Position numbers and translations under genes: made by a program. From positions 6,944,001 to 7,008,000 of the forward strand of contig OZ176052.1 in the NCBI GenBank assembly GCA_964247055.1: a stretch of DNA of 64,000 bases, written 5' to 3'. Position 1 is the stretch's first letter. Every line of letters starts with the position of its first letter. Origin of the DNA: Paragordius varius (Eukaryota > Animalia > Nematomorpha). Of the stretch, positions 27,201-38,269 are shown in pieces. The notes under the pieces are model-generated. The model saw only the letters and a program-made list of their open reading frames with translations, was not told the DNA's origin and searched no databases.

Positions 27201-30200
27201 ATTTATTATAAAAAAAATGCCTGCTAGTTGGGTGGTTAAAATAATCTTCGGTTTATTTTGTGTGCAATGTAAAATATTTTTTATAACATATATTTACTAA
27301 AATTGAATTTCACTCTAAAAACACTAAAATTATTTTTAGAACATGAATGCGATTTTTTTCTTGCAGGAGCATTTAAAATACCATCAAAGAACTTGCTATA
27401 ATAATGAAAAAACTCTATCGAGATTAATAAAATAAATGATCCGGACACAATCAATAAAAAGTAGGACGCATTTGGTTCAACGGTTGTGATATATCAAAAA
27501 TAGTGTTCATCGATGAGTGTAGTTTCCACAACCACCTCAGGAGAAATTTCGGAAGATCCAAACGTGGTACAAGGGCCATTAAGCTTCCTAACATAAAAGG
27601 AAGAAACATAACCCTTTTTGCTCTGGGGGCGTATGGAATTGTATTTTTTAAAATAGAATGTGAAATGAATGTAAATGGTTTTCTTTTTTTCAAAAAATTA
27701 ATAGCATATCTTACCTCTTCGAATATGAAAGAAACTCATTTTAAAAATGAATAATGCAAAGATGTACAAGAAGGAAATTTTAAAAAATATAGCTGATAGA
27801 TATGCATACAAAATTTTATTTTTGACCCTAAACAGCTACATTCTCACCCCGATATAAAACGGGTTTTTCAAAGTAAAATCTTGTGCTAGTTCCTAAATTA
27901 TTAATGAAAGTGATGCATCATTAAAGGATTTAATTATTTATGGATGTCAACAAATAACGGCAGATGTTAAAGGCTTTTGCGATTAAGTCAATTTCAAATG
28001 CTGCGGAAAGGCGTGCATATGTGCACCAACAATTATTTTTATAAACTATATACCTTATTTATAAATATATTATTAAATGATTTATCGCTTACAATTTATC
28101 TATATTTGTATTATAAATGTCATCAAAACACAAAAATTATGAAATTTATCATTTTTCTTTGCAAAACCATGCAAAAATTATCAATATATGGCAAAATAGT
28201 CTCCAGAGAAAACTAACTTTTAATTTTGATTATATGATGCAGTCGAGGGTAAATTAGTATTGTTCAGCGATGAATTAAATTGTTCAAGGGTGAATAAAAC
28301 TGTAAATGGTATACTAACCATCAAAAAAATATTTAATCTCTTGATTTATATATAACTCGGGCATTTATCATATATATTTTTTATTTTTAATAGTAATTAT
28401 TTTGATACCGATTAAACAATATAAAATATAAAGTACAATTTAGGATTAAGTTTAACGTATGTGTAATTGGAAAATGCAAAAAACTCGAATGGCAGAATTT
28501 GTTATCTATTGTAATTAGGATTGCATTATGTGCGTTTTAGTCATTCAATGAATTTATTAAAAAACATATTATAGATTAAAACTAAATAATTTTATGCAAC
28601 CATATGCTAAAATGGAAACTTTTTTAAAAATACACTAAATTACACATTAAAAGATACTGTTGAATAGGCATTTTAAAAAAATTTTTAAAAATTTTATAAA
28701 AAAATTATAAAAACCTTCACTTATGTTGATGCTTTGGGTGCTTTCTTTGGTTACAACTTGCGAAGATGAAGAAAAAATTTGTTCAAGCAATTGTGAACTA
28801 CTATGTTTTTCCACAGCGTTGAGAAAAGAGGTGGAAAAATTGCTTAGGTCAAACGATTTTTCATAATTATCATTTTCATTGGTTGTATCAAAATCGAAAG
28901 GAGTGAAGAGTTCTTCTAAAATAATTAATAAAGCCATAATATACAATTTAACCATCCCATTTTTACACCGTAAAATTCCTACTTTAAATATGAAATATTT
29001 GATCTTAAAAAAATGCCATGTTCGAAATTTCGGATTCTGAAATGGGTTTTCTATTGGAAAATAGGATAATTAGAAAAACTACATATAAACCTAAATTTGG
29101 CCCTTAAATAATTTAGTCTTACGTTAACTTTAAAAGGCATAATATGAATTGTGGCTATGAAAACATGGTTAAAACTGGTATGAATATTTAATAAGTAATA
29201 AAAAAATAATTTTTGATATTGGTCGGCACCCTATATTATGTAATAAGTGTGCTTTATTTAAACTTTTAATATTGGAAAGATTAAAAAGTCTAACTTTCAA
29301 GTATGATCAGAGCTAAATATTACTTGATACATGTATTACTCAAACCGCAGACCACGGGCGGCCGGCCCTAAAACTACTTTTTTATGGCCCTAAATTATTG
29401 AATTAATTTTTTAAATTTAAGAATTCAATCATTTAAGTGATTTCCATATTTATTTATTTTTAAGAATTTTTAAAATTGCGTAATTGGTAGTTTTTTAATT
29501 ATACAAGTTTATTTTATAAAAAGAATTTCCGGCCTTTTTCAACTTATGCTTTAGTTTTGATAATATGCATCTTGATGAGGAAATTATCGACTATAAAATG
29601 TTTCCAAATCAGAAATATTGAAAGGAAATGGCAAAGGTAAAAAGTATATTGAGTTTAGGCAAGATGTGCCAAATAAATTTTATAAAAATGTGCTGAAGTT
29701 ATGTTTATATTGTTTTGTCTCAACCAACACCGAGGCATTATAGTCTGTTATGATAAACAGATTTGTGAAAAATTATTGATAAATTAAATAATATCCATTT
29801 AATATCAAAATATTTGTGTATAACCTGAAAAAATACATATACTGATTTAGTTTAGAAACATCTACATATGATGATAAGCATTATTTGTCAGCATTATATT
29901 ATGGCACTTGAGACAAAAAATCATTTTCTTCCGCCCTTCAAAATTTTTTGAGCGAGTACCACTGCTTTATACATTTAATTTGCTATCTGACATCCATTTA
30001 TTATATTTAACAAAAACTTATTTTTTTTCAACTCTTGTCCTACTAGATTGGAATAGCTTATAAATACGATTTAACTAAACTGATTTTAAGATCAGTAAAC
30101 AAGTTTTTGCTGGTAAATGCAACCTGAAAGCTACTAAAGTTAATTTATTTACATTTTTGTTACTTAAGCAAATATTCACATGATGTTATCTTTCAACCTA

Positions 30201-33200
30201 GTTCTAGTTCTTCATTTATGCAAATAATTATGATCATAATTTTTTGTTATGATATAAATTTTAGTGATATTTGCATAGTCTATATTTTTATATTTTTGTA
30301 TTATGGAAATAACAGATCCATTAGTTGCTCGAAATTTTATTTGTTTTATTTGATATCATTCAAATTATGTTCACACAAAAATATTATATAAAGAGAAAAA
30401 CGAATAAACAACTTTTAGGTATTTACTACTTTTTACATTTTTCTAACCATAATATACATTTATTTGCTTCTATTAGGAATTTAAAATAAAAAAAGGATGA
30501 CGGCCAAGTTTGAGATAAGGATTTTTTACGATTTATATTTTTTTTTAAAAAAATTTCGTATGTGCCCAAGTGGCTAAAGAAAGCATATTTTTAAATTCCA
30601 CCTAATACTTTAAACACTTTTTAAGATATTCAAATTTCAAATCGCTCGGATATAAAACGTCATGGAGTGTTAATATAGCAATTTTCATAAATTAAATTTA
30701 TTAATGGCTAAAAAACAATACTGTGTTAAACCCTTCATTAACCTTTTTGCATTAAAAATTTATTTTGGGATAAATAAAAATCCAGAGCCTTACACTTGTA
30801 ATAAAATAAAATACTAAATGGTCTTTTAAAGTCTAAAATTTAGATAGCACTCAAAGTTACTTAAACAGCTTAAATATTAGGTTTAAATTGGTGTCAAACA
30901 AAATCAAAAACAATTAACTAATTTTTTTTACCATAATAAATTTTTATTAAACGATTTTTTAGCTGTTTTAACACCGATTCATATTGGGGTATCTGAATAC
31001 CCCGGTTTTAAATTGATATTTTAAAAAAAAATCTGAAACGGTTCCATTTTAAATTTATGCTTATATCAATAAATATTATATAATTAAACCAAAATACCTA
31101 ATTGAAATTTAGTTTGAAAAAAAAGTTCCATATCAAACTATTTCGGCGCCACTTTTAACAACCTTTGCTAAATATCCTATTTATTTAACTTTAAAGTTAA
31201 AATAAAAGCTAATTTTTTATTTAACTCACATCTAACATTGATAGAAACAGAGGAAGTATTATATTTTGCATTATTTTTACATTTAGCTTATGCACACATG
31301 TCATGTTAACAAATTTACCTTTGGTTTTACCTCTAAATAAGTAATATCAAGTATTTTTTAATAATTTTTTTTATATTTCGGTTCAGTAATGTTATATTGC
31401 AAACGTTTGCATGGTTTCAATTTTTCTCATATTTTTCAAAATATTTAATTTTAAACATGCCTGGGGTATCTAACTACCCCAATTTGAATCAAAGGATGAT
31501 TGCGTTGTATCCAAGTGTTAAAAAAAAATCTGAAATGGCCTAAAAATTTAAGATGATTTTTTTTAAAAATATTTTTTGTGTAAAGCGTCTAAAATGCCAT
31601 AGAATGCTATATTTAAGGCCGGTAGAAAACCAAAGGGTTGTTAAATTTCATTTGAAGATAAAGATGTTTTCTGGGCGATTTCCGAAAAAAAATAAAAAAT
31701 ATTTGTCGCCAAAAAGTTTAAAATGATAATCAATTTACATACATTTATTAATTTTGTTTTATATTTTTATAGATTGCCTATTTATAAATTTTAAAACCGG
31801 CTTAGTTTTTTATATATATATTGAATCGCTATGAGGGTGTTAAGTTAACACTTGGATACAACACATTCATTTCAGTCCTTCGATTCAAATTGGAGTAGTT
31901 GGATACCCCAGGCCTTAAGAAATAATTCAAAAAATATGGAATAAATTAAAAACCATGGCAAAAATTTGCATTCATATAACATAAATGAACCAAAATATAT
32001 AAAAAAATTCCATAAAAAATACTTGATATAACTTATTTTAAGGTAAAAACACATGGTAAAAAATTATGCCTTCATCGACCTTGAAAAGGCATTCGATTCG
32101 GTACTCCGAACTCTAATCTCATGGGCCCTACGAAACAAAGGCATTGACGAATGGATGATTAAATCAATAATGGCATTATATACCGAGTGCAAAGCTGAGG
32201 TGGCGACAAGCGTAGGGTACTTCGATTCTCTCTCAATTAACTCCGGGCTGATCAAGGCTCGCTTTTAAGCCCGTTCTTGTTTATTACTATCATGGATAAA
32301 ATCACCAAACCCTTAGACCAAGGCTTACCATACAATCCTTTATGCCGATGACTTAGCATTAATGGTAAACAGTGAAGTGCAATTAAACACAAATCTCGCG
32401 AGATGGAAAAAACGGCTAGAGATGTTTGGACTTAAGGTTAATGTATCAAAAACAAAATTAATGAACGATAATAATAAATATAATCCTGTTAAATGGCCCT
32501 GCTCAATATATAATAAAAAAGTCAAAACCAACGCAATCCAATGTCTCAAATATAAAAAATGGGTCCACAAAAAATGCTCTCAGTTGAAATCGCTAAAATT
32601 ACTTCACGATTTAATATGCAGCAATTGCACCGCGCCCAACCCAGCTAAACCTCCACAAAGTGTACGTAATGAAGAACCTTTTGAACAGTACAAAGTTTCA
32701 CATATTTGGGTGTAAGCGCTGGTGGGGGCCTAGAACCAACCATAAATAACCTAATAAAAAATGCCTGGTCAAAATACCACCATGTCAAAAGTATTATGAA
32801 CAATAAATACATCTCATTCAAATCCAAATCGACTATGTACACCACCACCATACGACCCGTTCTAATTTACTTACCGGAAGCTATGGCTTTAACCAAAACA
32901 AATTCACTAAAGTTACAACAAGCGGAAAGTAGAATTCTAAAAACTATACTTTATGCAACAAACCCAAACCTCTATAGCTACAATAATAAATTTGATCCAT
33001 GTCCTACAAAGGACTCCGCTTATCGATTGTTTGCGCACAAATCGTCTGAGATTAGCGGGACATGTTCACTGACGCCCACATGAAAGTTGGCTATACCGCA
33101 TGGTCAATTTTTCTACAAGTTTGCGAAATCGTAAAGGACGTCCATCAAAAAGTTGGCATTCTATTGTGGAAAACGATCTGGTGATTTTAAATCTGAAAAT

Positions 33201-36200
33201 TGAAGATGCGCAGGACCGATGCTTATGGCGTACATCTATCCGAAGGGTTACCTCCTTGTTGGGAAAAAACCCTTAAAGATTGATAAAGGTTGACATGTGT
33301 GCATTAGCTAAATTGAAAAATAATACAAAATAAAACGCTTTTTCTATTTCTATCAATGTTAAATGTAAAATAAAAAATTAGCTTTAATTATACCCTAAAA
33401 ATTAATTGAAGACGATATTTTGCAAAAATTTTGTAAACTAAAAATGGCGGCGAAGTTGTTTGACATAAAACTTTTTTTTCAAAACAAAATATCATTTGGA
33501 TATTTTGGCATATTTATATAATTTTTATTAGGATAAAAGCATAAATCTAAATTGGGACCGTTTCTTTCAGTAATTTTTTAAAATATCAACTTAAATATTG
33601 TCCGGGGTATTTAGATACCCCAATTTGAATCAAAGTGTTGACCAGAAAAAAATTTTGCTTGAAGAGTCAACCGGCATATAATGGCGAATCCTCAAAAAGT
33701 ATCAATTAATTTTTAAAATAAAGCGTTAATTTATAAAAAACAAAAAATAGAATTAAATAATTATTTAAATTTTTTTAAGTCAAAAATATGAATATACCAT
33801 CAGGATGTCCCAAAACTGAATCTACGTTGCCGGACTGATAGGTTATATATAAATTATTTGGAAGTAATGAAGTAAACTCGCAATTATTTTCTTTTTGTAA
33901 TAGTATGAATTGGGAAATATTTCTGACCCATTTGGATAATAAATATAATTTAATAACATCTACTGGCCAAGAACGATTAATTAAGCCATCAAGTTTCTAG
34001 ATTTTATCATTGACTTACTTGAGACAATTCGTTAACGATTGTTGCATATAATTTTTTCTGAAATCTTATCTGAATTTGATACCATAATTTTTCAGGTTCA
34101 TACAATGATACAAAATCGCATACCCTGCCATTAAATAAATATACTTTATAAATTCATTGGATTGGTCAACGTCTCGAAAAATTTTGGTTCCATACTTTAC
34201 AGTACATATATAAAAATCTAACCTTCCAAATTATCTTTTGATTTTGTTGTGTTGGATTTTTGCTTAGCTCATGTATTAATTTAAAAAGCAATTCATATTC
34301 ATTTTTTATCAGGCATTCTTCCATCAAATCATGCATATACCGGTAAGAAAATTTAATAATTTGTGAGTGCTGCATCAAAAAGAAAACGATAATATATATT
34401 TTCAATATGTCCTAACTCTTTCATGTTACGACCATATCACGTTGAAAACACCGGTTCCCTTCCGAACACCGAAGTTAAGCAACGTAGAGCCTGGTTAGTA
34501 CTTGGATGGGTGACCGCCTGGGAATCCCAGGTGTCGTAACTTTTTTTTAAATTAAAAAAATTTACCGATTACTAGCCTCTTCGCTGTATTCGTTTTTTTA
34601 ATCAATAAAGTTTGGAAAATATTATAAAATAATAAATGACCAATTATTAAAAAATATATAGTAAATTTCTCTTATCATATTTACGGACTAGATATGCTCT
34701 GCCACACATCGTTGTGGTAATTAAAATTTATTTAGCAATAAACTTTGGATGAAAGTCTTGAAAAAAAATGTTTCCAAACTATATTTTTTATAATCAAAAT
34801 GTCATTGGGAATCCCTCTTAGTCATAGGTCTCAAAGAAAAATATCTTCGGGCGGGAAAAATTATCCAAGTTTAATAAATATTGGAAAGGAGTAAGTATAT
34901 AGCTAGAAAATTATTAAATATTGCCAAATAGCATGCAAAGAGATTTATTATTGGCTAATAATACTAAAAAGTCTATAAGCCAATAATACCGCCCTTTGCT
35001 GTATATGCTATTTGGCAATAATTAATACTTTCTAGCAATGTATACTTTCTCATACTGTATTTCCACGCCTTTGCACTAGTGTGGGAAAAAGAAAAATGAA
35101 AAAAATAATTTGCACTCAATTTAAATTGCAACATACATAAATTAAAATAAGAAATTTTAAATGATTAGATAAAATATGTCCTTTTTTGCTTATAAATGCT
35201 GTCTATAGTCTACGTCGGTAAAAATAATAAAATAATCATCAACTATTAAGTCAGCCTCCGGATATCCTTTGTAATGGAACATCAGTTCTAAATATAAATG
35301 TTTTTAAAAAGGTTTTTTAAAACTTTTTAAGCGTACAATTCTTGTTACATCTACCAGGTTGTTGTTTTTTAAAACTATAAGTATACATTAAGAAATATCT
35401 TTGAAGTTTGAAAAACACGAATATTTTATATACATTTTTAACCGTCAACCAAACTCTACAAATTTTCAACCAAAATCAACACTTTTTCATTAAAAAATTA
35501 ATACTTATTTTAGATTAACTATAACTTAAAATAGGTTCACGTTTAATAAATTTTTAAAATCAAAATCTGGGAGTTTTTTTGTTGATATTTAATTCATTAA
35601 GTTGTATAATGTTAAAACTTTGGTTTAAAAAAGCGTTATATATAAAAAAATACTACTAAAGTAAATTATTTTTTGGCCAAAAATTAAAACTTATACTAAT
35701 TAATATGTTTGAAGGATTCGATTCGCATCTAATAAAAATCAACTAATATTACATTTAAAATAGACCACTTTTGCTTCAAGAGTGTCCTTGAACACTTCAA
35801 GTTGGTCGTCGAACATTTTTAAGTGGTCCCTGAACATATTTTCGTATGTAACATTTATTAATTAAACCATGTATAAATCTTCTATCTTAACACTTTTAAC
35901 GTATTACACTGTGTGCAAAATTTTTTTTGATGAGATACCTTATGACAGGAAATTCATTTGCCGCAAAATTTGTTGACGACCTAGATTTGAAATATTGAGA
36001 GAAAATTGAAGTTGGCCAAAAAGTGAAAATTAAGAATAATTATGGATAATTAAAAAAATAATGATAAAACTTGAGAAATTAGATCATCATCATTAATCGG
36101 ATTTTACAATTTATAATAGAATTAAACATTTTAATCACCTCAAAGTTTTGATTAAATATTAGTTAAATATAGCATATATTACTTATATATTAAATTTTTT

Positions 36201-38269
36201 TATAGCTCAATCCCGACATTTTGCGCTTATTTTGAGGAGTAGCCCATTTAAGAAGGGACATGAGCCCACATCTAATGATTAAAATGTTTTGAAAGTTTTT
36301 TTGTTATATGTAATTTATGATATATTTTAGTGATATTTACGGAATAAAGTCTTTAGCATTCACCAAAAAAATTTATTTATATAAAGCGCGCAAATTATCC
36401 CATTTTCTGATGCGCAGCACTTACCACATAAACGTAAAGAAATTTCTTAAATCACTCGTAAGGGCCACAAGCACCATTAATCATGATTTCCTATCAGAAT
36501 ATATGTATGTATTTTATGACTTTATAATTTCGTGAAGACTCTGTAATCGGTTAATATTAATTTTGATAAAATTAAGTTTTGAGGATTTTACATAAATAAT
36601 TTGATGATGCCATAAACTAGCATATATTAAAAATTATATCTCGGCATCCTTCTATTTTAACACTTCATTAATTATAGGGTAGTTTTAGAACCCAGAGTGA
36701 AACAATATTTAAATATCTAAAAAATATATAAAAGGTATTAGACCAACTTTAGTCATATACTTCTAATAAATCTCGAAAAAGAGTGAAATAATAAAATTCT
36801 TTATCTCAAACTTATTTGCCGCCATATTTCTTCAGATTCTTTCCATCGGAACAGGAAAATAACGTATTTTATGGCTTAATAATATAAATTATTACTTTTG
36901 GAAATGACCTGTTTATTTTAAACGTGTTTTACAGCTAAAATTTGAACCTCTAGTCAAAATATGTTAATATATAAGATAAACTTTTAAAAACGTACATTTT
37001 CTGTTTTTTTCCGAGGGGCTAAAACTACCCCAAATTGTAATCGCTCAAAAAATGAAAGTGTAATGAAGCGTTAAAAATATTCTATTCTCGAATTCCACAT
37101 GAAAAAATTATTTTTCAAATGTATAAGAATCACCATGCTCTTGTTTTTTTTCCATTCTTTACCAAATATTTATACCATTTAACGAAAAAAATAATTTTTT
37201 GATGGATACATGACTGTACATTAATGTGATCCGATATTTTGAACTTGGACATAGTACAAAATTAAAACATACTTTGCCTGTTTTTACAGCATAGGTGTGG
37301 TATATAACACAGTTTCCACAAAAAATTTCCAGATGAAATATATATACTTTGATATGAAAATATCAGGATTATCATGGTGCTTTTGGTTTAAGTTTTTAGA
37401 TGTGGGCTCTGAAAGTCCCAAATTTTTTGGTTCTTTTAAAATGGACGCTCTCTTAAATTAATCGCAAAAATTCCGAGAATATGCAATAGTTTTAAATATA
37501 TGCTAAATTTTGATATCAACTAAATATATTTTTTAAAAAATGCATATACTCTCAAAAATTTGATTTTTAGCAAATTTTGTTGAAGCATACATCATACTAA
37601 TTTCAGCATGATGGAAACGATACAAACGGTTGTTATAACATTTTTATATAATTCGATAATGCTCTCAATCAGAATTTTGAAAATATTCGTTCGTTTTCAA
37701 ATTATGTTTTTACGAAAATTCACCAAAATTTGCAAGAAAACAAACCTTTAAATTAAAACTCTATGTTCAATATCATCGAATTATTTAGAAAAAGGATTAT
37801 TATATCTTAAAGCGAACCATTCCATCATACTTCAAATAAAAGTATTCAACAGAATATCTCAAATTCGTTGCAAAAAATAAGAAAACTAATAAACATATTA
37901 GGAATAAAATTAAGTTACATACCTCATACCTAATGAGAATAGAAAAAGTAAATCTCTTAATTTTTACGGAAAAAAGGCAATTTCGAAATCATATGCCATA
38001 ATAATAAATATAATAATTACGGAACTATATAATTTTCTATTTGATAATTTTAACAAAAAATAACTCTAACTTTGATCAAACATTTATTAATATATCATAA
38101 ATTAATTTTGTTAATTTTTAATTTTGAGGCACCTCTATTTGCAGAAGCCCTGAGTGAAAGAGCCATTAGCCTGAATCTTACGGTGGAATCCGAGATTTAT
38201 AGTTTCGCCACTGCGCGAAAGGCTGCAATCATAAGCGGTTTGATCGATTTTTAATCCAATTTTATGCAT
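24202..38269 (-). CDS. TAF1A: Hidden 8-exon gene, TAF1A/Rrn11-like (RNA polymerase I SL1/core-factor helical-repeat subunit), ~320 aa
   Basis: Candidate exons (-): 38269-38182, 35287-35244 (or -35214), 34369-34223, 34124-34019, 33959-33878, 28915-28715, 24965-24802, 24330-24202. All are GT-AG and phase-compatible except one junction (see findings). Collinear motif matches to human TAF1A as recalled from memory: MEECLIKNEY~IQEALLKHQW; KIIWK-VCDFVSLYEP~EIIWK-LGSEILFYHP; YATIVNELSQMLL~YLKISLQHALYLL; FEEFLDCYISVLIWLKDFDTAK~[22 protein letters not shown]; FPND...LEDFLDKQ~FPSN...LYNFLKRQ. The first two exons are the least certain. Confidence 0.55.
25667..28311. mobile_element. Palindromic Tc1/IS630-superfamily (DD34E) element made of two diverged inverted transposase pseudogenes
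   Basis: Both ends are TA|TACCATTTACA. Left copy (-, ~27130-25965) has an HTH (KRVAESLDINYTTA), GGNRYQKI linker and VFIDECSF...GRSKRGTRA. Right copy (+, ~27300-28030) has FIDECSF, MNNA (D>N) and PI* (E>stop), with 34 residues between the second D and E positions. Confidence 0.88.
29331..29964 (+). mobile_element. hAT remnant
   Basis: Right end ...GAGTACCACTG (CAGTGGTACTC terminus), flanks CTTGATAC/CTTTATAC (7/8 match as 8-bp TSD), GC-rich subterminal GCGGCCGGCCC, degraded hAT-dimerisation-like peptide (LDEEIIDYK...CFVSTNTEAL*SVM). Confidence 0.4.
30968..31521 (+). mobile_element. TTAA-flanked piggyBac-like MITE, copy A (~546 bp)
   Basis: TTAA|CAC...GTG|TTAA; subterminal inverted motif GATTCAAATTGGGGTA...TACCCC, close to one end and ~22 nt further in at the other. 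Confidence 0.8.
31845..33641 (-). mobile_element. Same MITE family, copy B, inverted relative to A and interrupted by an RTE retroelement
   Basis: TTAACACTTGGATACAAC is the reverse complement of copy A's right end. Homology resumes at ~33290 (TGACATGTGTGCA) and ends GAATCAAAGTGTTGA at 33641. Confidence 0.8.
32052..33295 (+). pseudogene. 5'-truncated RTE-clade non-LTR retrotransposon (reverse transcriptase with internal PHD-like finger)
   Basis: FIDLEKAFDSV, QGSLLSPFLF, LYADDLAL, GLKVNVSKTK, WPCSIYNKKVKTNAIQCLKYKKWVHKKCS...ICSNC, RPVLIY, RLRLAGHV, KGRPSKSW...AQDRCLWR; several frameshifts. Confidence 0.92.
34391..34402 (+). promoter_or_regulatory. TATA-like element at about -30 of the 5S gene
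   Basis: AATATATATTTT at -34 to -23 of the 5S start; weak evidence in such AT-rich DNA. Confidence 0.3.
34425..34543 (+). rRNA. 5S rRNA: 5S rRNA gene (single dispersed copy)
   Basis: GTTACGACCATATCACGTTGAAAACACCGG...AAGTTAAGCAACG...TAGTACTTGGATGGGTGACCGCCTGGGAATCCCAGGTGTCGTAAC; perfect terminal helix GTTACGAC/GTCGTAAC, boxes A and C present, followed by T8. Confidence 0.98.
34541..34548 (+). terminator. RNA polymerase III terminator (T8)
   Basis: Run of eight T immediately 3' of the 5S helix I. Confidence 0.9.
34894..35046. mobile_element. Short hairpin/MITE-like palindrome
   Basis: AGTATATAGCTAGAAAA..ATTGCCAAATAGCAT..TATTATTGGCT mirrored by AGCCAATAATA..ATGCTATTTGGCAAT..TTTCTAGCAATGTATACT. 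Confidence 0.65.
36657..37074. mobile_element. TTAA-flanked piggyBac-like MITE, second subfamily
   Basis: TIR TTAACACTTCATTA / TAATGAAGCGTTAA, plus internal GGGTAGTTTTAG repeat with asymmetric spacers; an isolated matching right end at ~22350-22402. Confidence 0.8.

Noticed and set aside
25667-28311. Fanzor/TnpB cargo associated with the IS630/Tc1 element
   Set aside because: All coding-like sequence in both arms is accounted for by transposase; no RuvC or Zn-ribbon motif seen.
33780-33996. Alternative open frame KLDGLINRSWPVDVIKLYLL... joined by a 22-nt intron
   Set aside because: 22 nt is far below the ~60-nt minimum seen in this window; a 59-nt intron into the MLLNY frame fits phase and motif spacing better.
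33600-35300. Spliced-leader RNA or snRNA linked to the 5S gene
   Set aside because: No recognisable SL leader plus GT donor plus Sm site, and no U1/U2/U5/U6 sequence on either strand.
36426-36477. Possible alternative first exon MVLVALTSDLRNFFTFM with perfect gtaagt donor (-)
   Set aside because: Phase 2 donor has no matching downstream acceptor among candidate exons; cannot be supported without transcripts.
38120-38255. U4 snRNA, 7SL or hammerhead similarity (GCGCAGTGGCG, small TTTCGC/GCGAAA hairpin)
   Set aside because: Downstream conserved elements are absent; the GC-rich patch is better explained as the first exon of the TAF1A-like gene.
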